In this document: one piece after another, positions 38,147 to 49,838 of the stretch
Numbering within the stretch: position 1 is the first letter of the stretch
Layout: each line of letters begins with the position of its first letter
DNA from: Basidiobolus meristosporus CBS 931.73
Lineage: Eukaryota; Fungi; Basidiobolomycota
Assembly: GCA_002104905.1 (NCBI GenBank)
Contig: MCFE01000164.1
Span: 62,001 to 126,000 of the forward strand
DNA: 64,000 nt
Reading direction: 5' to 3'
Position numbers and translations under genes: made by a program
Notes under the pieces: model-generated
Database searches by the model: none
Told to the model about the DNA's origin: nothing
The model's input: the letters and a program-made list of their open reading frames with translations, nothing else

Positions 38147-39768
38147 ATCGACTCGGTAAAATATATGAATATTATGAATAAAAACTACGTAGCACGGGAT
38201 ATACAAAGCTCTGAACAATATTGAATCCAATTATGTGGAAGCCTGACAATCGCCAGCCCCATGTATATATATACGCATCCACTGCTGGAGCCACAGAACC
38301 GATGATTGGCAGAGGGAGAGCATCCAATAAGGGATCTTCTACCCATCGCATCCATTGTCATATGAAGACTCTCAATTAGGGACAAACTTGGCAAAGCCAT
38401 TTCCATTTCTTGAAAATATCGCAGAGTTTCGGTTCGAAAATACGTGATGAACATCGAATTCCCCATCACACCAGGATGAAGCGTGTCGAGTTGCGCGGGT
38501 GAATCGGTGGGCCGACCAAAATGGAATCCAATCAGCATTCCACACCAGGTAAAGTAAATGGGATGAAGGTCAGGTACGAATCAGAAGCGAACATTGCTCC
38601 CAAGGGTATAAATTGATGGTTTGGTGTCGAGCGAAGCTAGAATGATGGAAGCAATTTCATTTACCATCCCTTGGAACGCCAACGGCAGCGGTAGATCATT
38701 CTATTTAACTTAGCTATCTGTATGACCACAGAGCCGATCGCCTTTGCCAGGAACGGATGTGCCGAAATGGCTGCTCCGCAGTGCCATCTACATGAGCCTG
38801 TTTGATATGAATTTGCTTAACCCAAGATGCCGGGATTGTCGGTGACTAGTGTGCTTCGGTTGAACTCCTCCATATTTCACATTGGTTGGTGATCGAGCTC
38901 AAAATCCCACCACCAAGTTGTGTAACATACCTAATCACCAAGCAGTCAGATCAACCTCGCTAACGTGACGATCCTGGCCGTTGTGCCCAAAGATATGCCG
39001 CGGTACGTCAATTGATCGACCTATTTGATCGGGCTTCGTGAGCAAGAATCCCTTCTAGACAACTGTTAAAGAATGCCTTGGGTTGTTCGGAGCCTGCGTT
39101 AAGGTTGCCAAATCTAGACTCGACGGGCTCCAGCGGAAAAATGGGATTCGCTTGGGGAAATCTAGATCGAATGAGAGAATGTTCGCTGATATTTAAGGAT
39201 TCTCCCTATATCTGGCACATTCTCGATCGTAGTGTCATTGGTCCCATGATGGATTGTGAAAGAAGTAAAGAACAATCATTTTCCGTGATGGCTTAAAAGT
39301 AAACACACTCTTCGGAGAGAATTTATTAAACTAACCTATCTTGCTACAGCTACCTATGGAAACTCAAGGCTAATGCCTCATGTTTCCAAAATAAGCTAGC
39401 GATGAAGATGTGTGCCGGTTTGTCCAAACTACATGAGCCTCCATGGCGGCTGTTCTGCCGACCCACTAGGCAGAGGGAAATGCAATGACGGAAGAACAGT
39501 GCTTGGTATCGTGTTGTGCCAACATTGGCAATAATCCCACTATGCTAGAATGGTTTAATTTTCAGCTTAATTCATGATTCCTCCTGATTTAGGGTTAGGG
39601 CTGATCCACACATGATATCCCCATATCCACTTCAGTGGGGTGGTTCGGATCATGAAACATTGATCATTTAACCCATCCATCGTGGTTTGGTCATATGGCC
39701 AATTATTGGAAAATATATGACTGATTGCTTCACCATTTCACTGTAGTTAAGAACGAGTCTCCTGCAGT

Positions 39769-40105
39769 ATGTCAGACCAGACGAAGGAAAACCAACCCAA
39801 CCCAAAGTCTATTCATAGGCAGTTCGATATCAAGGAGGCCTCCAAGTTTTTGGATCCTTGTGCAGAACATACCAAACGTAGTTACAAATGTTTGGATAAG
39901 AACAACTACGACAAGAGTAAATGTACCCAATTCTTCGATGAGTACAAAGAATGCAAGAGAAAATGGGTAAGTTGATTCCAGCAACGAGTTGGATTTTTCG
40001 TAAAAAATTCGGTTATTGACTTGGTTGCTTTCTCTTCAATAGCTCGAAGATAGAAAAGCCGAGCGCCAACAGCGTGTTTCTGGTACCGTTTTGAAGTACC
40101 TGTAA
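39769..40105 (+). CDS. COX23: Twin CX9C cytochrome c oxidase assembly protein; exons 39769-39966 and 40043-40105
   Basis: DPC-x9-C-x10-C-x9-CKRKW. Intron GTAAGT…TTCAATAG (39967-40042) gives LEDRKAER… A further 3' intron cannot be excluded. Confidence 0.85.
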
Positions 40106-40449
40106 CTCACGTACTTCAATTGATGAATCAAATCCATTGTCCTGTACTCTGTTCACGTTTTCCTAGTCTCTGGGGCTGGTATCTAGTATCTTACGTCTCT
40201 TCAATATAGTCTATGTGACAATGGAAAATGCATTTGCTTTGAAGTATAAAGTCCACTAGTTCTATCCCTTTCTGCTCTACGGGTGAATCTTGGTGATATT
40301 TGATTTGTGGTGTGTAGAACTTGAATGTGCTAAGTTGGATGGTGGATATGCTGGAAATCTATCCAACATAGAATTTTTCAGTTTACAAACATAAGAATTG
40401 CATCCACTAATAAGAGTAATGATAACTAATATGAGCATTCGTTAACTGT

Positions 40450-40920
40450 TGCTGAATATACATGATGCTAAGCTACGTCATCATTACGTATACCTCTTAA
40501 TCGAGCAATCGAGTTTATAGAGTATCGGACTAAGATTGCACTCTAAATCCGTAATTTTTTCAATTAGGTATTGTAGGTTGAATTTTAGTAAGCCTGTTCT
40601 CGTGTCAATTTTACAACCTGGATACTCTTTGATGCTGAGGAATCTTGGCAGCAACTTGTCGGAATAGACTACTGTAATCATTGACCTTTTTTACTGAGCT
40701 ATTTACGCTTAATTAGCTAGCAGACATGAACGCCCAATATGCGTGCAACAGTACTCTGCCATTTTTTGTGATGTACTCGTAGTCATTTGCGATTAAGAAG
40801 AATTTAAACTTGGAGAGTAGACAGACACTCTTTCTGAGCTATTCCTACAATAAACTTCATGTACTTGGAGAAAAAAATGCCTCCCGAGTGAATCAATACT
40901 ATGAAATCAGGGTGTCTGGA
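40450..40920 (-). pseudogene. Ancient copia RT relic
   Basis: EKSVCLLSK… and GCKIDTRTGLLKFNLQYLIEKI resemble copia RT segments; heavily decayed. Confidence 0.45.
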
Positions 40921-40936
40921 AATGGCTTGAGACTAT

Positions 40937-41283
40937 TGTTGTAGGAGTTTAGGAGATATTGGAAGTGATTGGGAGAACAAGTACATTATGTGGTTTCACT
41001 TAATGATTTGTTGAATGCAACTGCTGTGCTTGCATTTTTACATGCTACTAGCAAGAAAGCACTTGGAATATACTTAGAAAGGTCCCAAGAATAATGTGTG
41101 CAAAGTGTAGGGCTATTTTGACAACTTACCAATATTTCATGTTCTGGATACCTAGTATTTAGGGGAAAATATTCTCAGTAAATCCCAACCAGAAATTTGG
41201 CCAGAACTATCTGAGATTTGTGAGCAATGATTTAAGTGACTAAGTAAGGTGAGTACTCAGGTGTAATTACAAAATTTATAACA
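40937..41283 (-). repeat. Solo copia LTR (347 bp) with perfect 5-bp TSD ACTAT
   Basis: Homologous to the 349-bp LTR family. actat at 40932-40936 and 41284-41288. Confidence 0.85.
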
Positions 41284-41289
41284 ACTATA

Positions 41290-42300
41290 AGTGTTGCAGA
41301 TTAGCTTTTAAACCAAATGATATATTGGGTTACTTAGATCTTAGATTGCAAATTTTCATTTCTTCAAACAAGCTACTCTGTTGACACTTACCTAGAGTAC
41401 CTCTTAAAGAGCTATTAGGTACCCAGTATATTATGTTGTAAGAGCTCTGGAGATATTGAAAGTGATTGGGAGAACAGGCAGATTGGATGGCTTCCACTTG
41501 ATGATTTATCATATGTAAAAGTAGTGTTACTTTTAAATATTCTTGTAAGCACAAATATTATGCTTAGGAAGATCCCACTAATGTGGACAAAGTCTGGGGC
41601 TGTTTGGACAGCTTTGATGTTATTCATGCCATGGGTACGTTTTAGCAAATTGTTATAGGCTAATCCTAACTCAATCTTATATCATACATATTGTTGTGTG
41701 AAACCCAAAATTTGACTTCCCCAAAAATTGTCTATTTGTCAGCAACAGCTCACACAGATGTTTCTACTTTGGGCTTAGCAGAAAAGCCAACATTAATAAC
41801 CTATTAGAATACAACACTAAAATCAGCATAAACTAGACTTAAATAGTGCTTACTACTTGTCAAAAATGAGGAGCAGGGTTTGTATTAGAGGGTAATAATA
41901 TATATATTGTATTAATGATAATCAGCAAAGAAGATGAGTAGTCACTATATTTATGAGTAGTGAGGTACATGACCTGTGACTATATTTTTGGTAGGATGTC
42001 ATGACAAGACCATATTGAATAGGCATCATACAGTTAGAATAGCCAAGAAAATTCAAATCTTCAAATTCTCCAATAGGAGAATATGTGCTAGGATGACCCA
42101 AAGATGAAATAGGTATTTCACAATTGCGAGGTATTTGGTGAAATACTGCAGAATATACCCGCAGGTCTGGAATTGACACTATTGATGCAAATGATGTATA
42201 AAATGCTGCAATATTCTAGGGAGTATTGGAAGCGATTTGGAGAACTAGAAGAATTATATGCTATTGACTTACTGTTTTATTGAGTTCAATTAAGGGATTT
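41290..42300 (-). mobile_element. Partial copia LTR (from 41434) and an old RT/RNase H relic (~41900-42300)
   Basis: tgttgtaagagctctggagatattg at 41434; the translated piece YSPIGEFEDLNFLGYS resembles the copia RNase H start. Confidence 0.5.
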
Positions 42301-44811
42301 ATACCTAAAGAAGAACTTGGTAAGACTAATGGTAAGAATATTTTGTGCAGGATCCTATGAAGCTGTGTGTATGTGGGCTTTTGGTTAAGATTGAAAATAG
42401 TAATAACTTCCAAGCCTTCACTAATTCTAAGAATTAACCATTATCTTACAAACCAAATCTTTGGTAAATAATTCGTAATCTAGCGTTTAGCTAAATAGGT
42501 TTAGTGGTTTAGGGGTGAAGTGAATATTTACGTCATAAAATGTGTGAATAGATGTCAAACCAGTCACTTGCAAGAGAATATCCTACTGGTTGCATTTTAA
42601 CATTAGCGCTCCTCAGGATTCAAGCGATTGAAGTAATTCATGAAGGTCGCAAAAAGTTACGAGGGGCTAAAAGTGATACTCTAGCCCCACTCAACACAAC
42701 CTGACTTTTCTAGCCGTATTGTCAAAGATAATGCTAAGCCAATGTCGGGAATACCATTAAATATTTGAGTGCTAAAATCGACCAGTTAGATCCGTTATGG
42801 CGCTCACAGTGTAGCTGAACTAGGCATACACGAGGCCAGTATGCATCAAGAAGGGAAACTTCCTTTTAAACAAACAGATAGCTGAAGATCCAGCGCTAGA
42901 GGCGGAGTACCAACAGACCGAGCAAGCCTTGATTCTCTGACCAAGTATTCCACATCAATGGGGAGGTGGTGACGTGTTCATGGAACCCAGATACGTAGCC
43001 AGCCAATGGCCTTAACGACCATGGATAACGATCCACTTATGGATATGCAAATCCTGAATTTCCACTATCCTATCAACGCTGTCTACATGGGCGATTCGCC
43101 AGTTCGATAGCGTAGTTGTATCACACTACGAGGCCAATGATTATCTTCGAATTTGTCCGGAACTTGGGAACCACAGTTTTCGAAGATCGAAATTGACTCG
43201 CATGGTGGCCTCAATGACTGCATTCTATTCAACTATGTGGTGATTGTGGAAGTAGACAAAAGCGCCCCACCGCAATATAGATATCAGAGACAGCAATGGC
43301 AATCAACACTTTTGGGATCCAGCTTGTACCAACCACCCGTCTAGTTATGGGGGAGTGTGGGCCATGCGAGTTGGTGTTCTTGGATTCCCTGCACATATTG
43401 GACACATGAAGGCCCAACGAAATGCGAAGATTTTGAATGCGGCATATGCTGTTCTATCGAAATGTCACTTGATATGTCAACCCAAAAGGCGTATTCGTTG
43501 ATGGAGCTTAAATAGGCCAATCGTATCGTGCGGCCCTTTAGAGAAGGTTTCTGTTGGGGTATACTTTCGACCATGCAGAATGGACACCAGCGTATACGCT
43601 AAAATCTCATCTGACTCGAATGATTGGTGAAGGGTTATCAGGCAACCAATTTGGATATCCATTCGAAGACATTGCTGATTGGATGCAAGTAGTCACCACA
43701 CTTCTTAGTTCTCGAAGCAACGCTTGAAGCCCATATGGCCTATCCTGGCTTTCCTGTGCTGGAACAATCCATAACAAACCTGGCTTCTTTAACCACAGAC
43801 TGTATCATTGCCAATCCATATCAGCACCACGCTAAGCTTATGTGCCCACATCGGTGGTCTCGGTATTAGAACAGGCACACCACCGACGTGGATTTTGATC
43901 AGTGTTCTATCCTGCCCTAGCACTTTCCATGCCTTGAAGAACCAGCCATCAGCCGGACCACTTGGATACGCATACGGCTAGGTGATTCAAGCGCATTCAT
44001 GGCATGCCCTCGAGAGTTCACCTAGATTTCTGCACGGGGCCCTACACCAGCCAACCTGGTAGAATTTTTCGCCCTGACCAATGGTCACATCGAGAGGATT
44101 TACTTGCCGCCTGCCAGATATGGCAAGATCCATCTGGATACTGCTAGATTGTGGTCAGAATGGAACGTGACCAAACGCAGTAAAGCCCACCCACCTCAAA
44201 TGCCTTCAGCCTGGGCAGACTACGTCGGAATACACCATTCGTGAACGGGCCTCGAGGCCAGCTGCCAGCCGATTTTCTTGGCAGTTCCTTTACCCACCCC
44301 CATATGAGTGTGACGTACCCACGGATTTTAATTCCATTCTTGCCAACGGATCCCATATAGTAGGCGATGGGCAAGCTCACCAATGGTCGTCGGGTGAGTT
44401 TCCCCCAATCGCCATGCCAGCCGCAACTGGCCGCCCCTTAACCAGCCCTTGCCCCTTATCTCCCACACCCTTCACGCAATTCCAATTTCTAGGTCGCCCC
44501 GGTGGACGGCCAATCAGGTTACTTGGCCGCAGGGGTTTCGATCACTTCCCTATCTCTCCAAACACTCACCCATCTCAACCTGTCCTCTGCGTGGTATAGT
44601 AGAACTCCAAGCTGGAGGTTTATTGGGTGAAGTCAGAAACAAAAAATCTGTACAATGGTCGAGTCGGAGAAAAGAATTGATTAGATTACAGGTTCACTCG
44701 GTTCGGATTTTGGGAAACAAAGTCAATGGGAAGGTAAACAGTCGCTCCTGAGAAACATGTCTTTAAGGGGTACATCGGGTATCGGCTACTTTTACACTGC
44801 CGGCCCGTCGT

Positions 44812-46118
44812 TTAGATGGGGATGGCTTTAAGGGCGTCGTGCTCCAGCGCCTCTTCTACGCTGAGTCGAAGCTCCGGGTTGGGCTCCAGGAGACGGTGCA
44901 CAAGCGAGCTTCTCTCCGGTGTCAATCGGTTGAGTATCGTGCGATCCAGGCAGTTTTTACGACCTATGTAGCCAGCATAGTTGGAATCGGTGGAGACGGC
45001 GCTTTGCCAGGGGAAGACACCAAGTTGAAGGGTGAGGTACAGCACCCCAAGTGACCAGGAGTCGACTTTGCGACCGTCGTAGCTTTTCGAGTTGATGTGA
45101 ACCTCCGGGGCTATGTAGGGGCAGGAGCCACTCTTTCCTTTGCTTGGTCGAGGGGTGTTCTCAAAAGCGGTCTTATACACATCGGCCAATCCGAAATCGA
45201 TGAGCTTGGCGTTGTCTTGAGCATCCAGAAGGATGTTTTCTCCTTTGATGTCTCGGTGGACCACGCCAATCTTGTGCATATAGGAGACGGCTGAAACCAC
45301 TTGCTTGAACCACGTATCAATCTTCTCCGGTTTCAGTGTGTTCTTGCGAGTCTTCATGGCAGAGAAAAGGTCGGTGGGGCAGTACTCCATGATCTGGTAG
45401 TAGCGGCCATCCTGCACGATGAAATCCAAGGTTTCAATGATGTGTTGGTGGTGGAGTAGAGACGCGATGGTGTATTCGGCAAGAATGGTTTTAGCATAGC
45501 TGCGAGGGGTCTCGCTGGAGTCGCGGCTGCGGAATTGTTTCACCTGGAGAATTGATCGGTTAGGTCTACATCCACAACAGCAATCAAGCGGGATCATTGA
45601 ATACTTACAGCGAAGAGCTTCCCGTCGGACCTTCTTTCAATGGTCTTGACAATGCCCCAGGCGCCTTTGCCAAGGACGGGCCCATCCAGACGGCCGTATT
45701 TGGTGAGCTCACAGGTGCAGCTGTCCGAAAATCCCTTGTTGGAAGAGGTGCTCTTATACGAGTTTGCCCTGGAGATGCTTTTACTTTGGCTAGGCTCCTT
45801 GCTGTTGAAGATTTTCTTGGCTGGGGAGACGAACTTGCCGACAAAGGAGGACTTGCTTTTCACGCTGGAGGTAGACGTGGGGGAGCTTTCTGCGGACGAC
45901 GTGGAGTTGTTGGAGCTTCGATGGTTGACATCGATCGGTTTCAGGGCTGGCTTCTCTGTCTTGTCGTCGTAGTGTCTTTTGTTATTTGAAGTAAAGTCAC
46001 CAAGACATTCGCCATTTCCATTGCGGGAAATCGATGGGAACTGCCCGGAGGCCAACTCGCTTGGTAGGAGATTGGAATTAAGGAAATGATTGCTTCTAGG
46101 TAGGGTGATCGCGGTCAT
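44812..46118 (-). CDS. Ser/Thr protein kinase, HAL4/SAT4/HRK1/NPR-like family, 413 aa; exons 46118-45609 and 45543-44812
   Basis: LGKGAWG, LFA|VKQF (intron GTAAGT…CTAAC…CAG at 45608-45544), AEYTIASLLHH, HRDIKGEN, DFG, GSCPYIAPE, DSWSLG. Ser-rich N-terminus. Confidence 0.93.
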
Positions 46119-49006
46119 TGGAAAGGTCTGTGTGGTGGATGTTAGAGAACAAAAAAGGGGTAAAGATGGCTTTCAGGCAGCAGAGAGGGAAGGTAGGTAA
46201 ATAAAATCTTCGTGGACTCTAGTGAGGAAATGGACATACAACTATCAAGCAAGAATCTGGATTGTCGTGCTTGAAGAGAGTCAGCAGGCTGGCTTAAATC
46301 AGAAATGAAGAGATCCAAATCTACGACTTCATTTGCGCTGGCCCTCTGGCCGAGCTTATATAATCGAGATATGCCTGATGGGTAAGTGGAAATGAACGGG
46401 CTCCACTAAAAAGCGTTTCAGTCAGGAAGATCACACTACTGAATGGGCCTACGAGAAAACATGGAGTACAATTAGTAACGCTGCATAATAATGGACTAAT
46501 ATGGAAGGCACGAAATTCGGATCGTTAAGCCGGAGACGCTCATGAACTTTTTTCCATTCTTTTTCTTACATCATCGACTTTGCGAGCTTGCATGACCCTA
46601 TTGCACCCGCTCCCCTACCTCTGCTCACCACCAATGAAGCGCGGGAAATGGTAGGCAACATGTATCTGGCAGCGGCGAAGCGAAGTGCCGTTGATCAAGA
46701 GATCGCAGGTAGGGGCAGCGAGATGGTGTGTCTGCGCATGTGTGGGTGCGGGTGTGGGTGTCGTTGTGTGCTAGGATTCCCACCAATCTCCAGTCTTTTG
46801 ATTGTCAAATGGAAACCTTAGCGTGTACGGCTTCGAAATTACGGTGTTGAACTCGACTAACCAATCACCCCGTACGCTAAGAAGCTGACCGCTGATTGGA
46901 TCTGAGCCTATCATCGGAAATCCATTGAGCTTGACCAGGGTCTCCTCTGCCATCCTAGACACAAAGAGCCGATTGCCAATGGCACGCCAAGTCTAACTGA
47001 CCCTAACCCTAATCCATTCCCTTTTCGAGCGACCTCCCTTTAGCGTTAAAGCATGGCAACAATTAAGCCAGTTCGAGCTCAAAGCCTGAATTTCGTCTAA
47101 CAACCCTCAGTTTGTGTAATGGGTGTGATATGTGCAATATCAGATAGACCAACTTTTGTAACTTCACGGCCAGGATAAAGCAGTAATCTCCCGGCAGCCG
47201 CTTCCAATCAATTCTTGCTGATCACTTATCTCCTGCCTCTCGCAGAGAAAGGGGTTGCGATGCTAGGCAGGGTAACTACCAAGTAAGCAATGAAAAAGGC
47301 CAGCAGAAGCCAGGATTTACCTGCGCTGGATTGGTAGCCACATTTGTGAGCAGAAACCTAGAATGGTTGCGCTCATTGAAGACCAATATTCTAATGAAGG
47401 CTATTGCCAGCACCTGGTCCCGGTGGGTGCGGATTTCTATTACTCGAAAAGGCCTTTCGGCCAAGATGCGATTTGGTATCTAATCTGGAGAGGTTGGAAT
47501 GACATCAAAACCATATGAAAACCTTGAGGGAGGGTGAACGATTCACGAAACAACGAAACCTGAATCAACCACACGATCCCATCGTGCCTATCATCACCAA
47601 ACTTGGAGAGGCGATTTTTCCACGTGGACCTTTGCCGATTCCAGGCCAGATCTTCGATGATGGAATCGGGTGCCATTGGTGCGGTTAATGCCTGTAAGTG
47701 CTGGTGAGCCACATTCCTGTCATGGGCCCAATTCTTGGTCGTGTCATGCATTCCACGATCAAAGATTCAAGACAGGGCGATTTTAAAATCACCATTCGAT
47801 GGCCATCTTACCAGAATGGAGTGATGCTATATGGTTAGTGCGGCTATGAGGAATCCATGTTACACGGAGCCACAGTGGTCAGTTGGTCACCCAGGATTTT
47901 TTGTAACAGGGCCTTGTTTGGCTGACCAGGTATATGCATGTGTATACTGCTCAAGATGATCAAATGTATCTTGTACTTCCATTGCGCATATCGCGGTATC
48001 TTGTGCGTAGGTCATCTCTGCATATCAACGTATCAACTATCTGCGACCTCTCAAGCCTCCCGACATAAGAATGGTAGGTAATATGGCTAGTTTTAGACGC
48101 CTCTGGATAGATTCAGCTGTTGGGATTTTGTGTCCTTGGCACATCTCACAGGCTAATTATGCCTGACGTGTATGTGGTTCGTTCAACCACAAAGCTGCAA
48201 ATAATACCTGAACCGGAATACAATCATCATCCATTCAATTCCGTAACTGACTGCCATTTGGAGTTATGGCGAGAAGCTGGCATAGTCAGAGTGATTGGCA
48301 CTTCTGGATCGGGATAGAATCAGCTATAATTAGCATTGGTAGCTTTTCTTGGATCCATTCACCATTGTCGCCGAGTGAGTTTGACTTAATTAATCACCAA
48401 TAAGTCTAATTTGTTTTAGATCTGTTAGCTGGCAGTTGATATCGAGCAAAATCACTCTATTCCTCAAATAACAGAAATGTTGTCATGGAGACAAACTAAT
48501 TTCCAACTCCTGAAGTTTGGAACACGAAATCCAAACAAATCCAGTTCAACGGGAGATCTTCACGTGTAGCTGGAAAGCGTGGGCTCTTCAGCATCCAATA
48601 AACTTTCCTCTTTCCGTACAAGACTGTTGATGACTACGTCTGTCTAAGTGCTGCTACTTTGCTCCTACAATTAGAGCACATCAAATCCGTACATTGCTGA
48701 ACAGACCTAGCTGTTACCTGAAGTATAAAGAATACAATGGCTCAATATAGCACTAGTCTAATATACTAATGATGCAAATATGTTAGTTTCTTATTGACAT
48801 CTTATAGATGTATTTTGCATGTGAGCATAGTATTGATAATTGAGGTCATGCTTAAAATCTTGATTTCAACAATGTTACAAATATTAGTCCATTTGGTGAA
48901 ATCTTCTATAAGTTCTATAAGCTTATACTCTGAAAATAGCAAATATTAAGAATTAAAAGCATGTTTTCAGGGATATTTTGAATTATAGGGATACACCAAC
49001 AGAATG

Positions 49007-49838
49007 TGCTGTAAGAGCTTTGCAATAATGGAAGTTCTTAGAGGAACAAAGAGTTCATGGGGCTTTCACTCAATGATATGTTCAATGCAGAGCTGGTATC
49101 AATATTTTGTTGCAAATTTGGTAACTACACATAAATACTCCCCTAGCTTAGTCACTTAGATTATTACTTACAAATCTCTGAGAAGTCTAACCAAACTGCT
49201 TATAAGGAATTACTCATAATATTTACAACTACTCCCGGATACCCTGAGCATGCAATTTCTCAAAACTATTTAAGTAGCCACAAGTTTTGCACACACACTC
49301 TTAGGATCTTTATGAATGTGTCTTACATGTTTGTTTATCCGTGATCATGTAGAAGTATAAATACTATTTTCACATTGATTAAATCATCAGATGAAACCTG
49401 TTGCAAAGACTTGTGATTGCACCCTGATATGCACATAACTCAGTTACTTAGATAACTACATACAAATATTAGAGAATCCCAACCAAATTTCTTGTTGGGA
49501 TTTACTCAGAATATATGCACCAAAACATCAGGTACCCAGAACATGAAGTTTGATTAAGTTGTCTAATCAGCCCCAATGTTTGCACATTATGCTCTTAGTA
49601 CCTTCCTAAATGTATTCTCCTGGTTTGCTTTGCCAAGGCCCTGAAAAGATATCAACTCTACCTTTACATTCAGTAAGTCACAAAGTGAAAACTGCTGTAT
49701 TATCAGGTTGTCACCTGATATTCAGGCTAACTTAGTCATTACACAAATCTTTTTCTGTGACTAGCATTCTGTACCTACTGATTTTCTGTTGGGGTATACT
49801 TAGAACATCTTCACCAAATTATCCAGTACCTAGATTAT
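49007..49838. repeat. Jumble of diverged copia LTR fragments in both orientations
   Basis: Repeated pieces of the 349-bp LTR (ctgtaagagc…, cttagtcacttagat…, ccaaatt..ttgttgggattt). Confidence 0.7.

Noticed and set aside
37032-38224. Several long plus-strand ORFs antisense to SEC2
   Set aside because: These are shadow frames of a GC-rich, codon-biased gene with no independent motifs.
38147-38230. 28-aa N-terminal extension of the SEC2 ORF shown in the track
   Set aside because: It begins at a non-ATG codon in AT-rich UTR-like sequence; the first ATG is at 38146.
47040-47085. A-box/B-box-like words (tagcgtt…gttcgagctc)
   Set aside because: No cloverleaf stems can be formed.
47440-47751. ORFs and a GAIGAVNA motif next to a GTAAGT donor, faintly like an FAD monooxygenase
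   Set aside because: The match is too short and the surrounding frames do not continue the family pattern.
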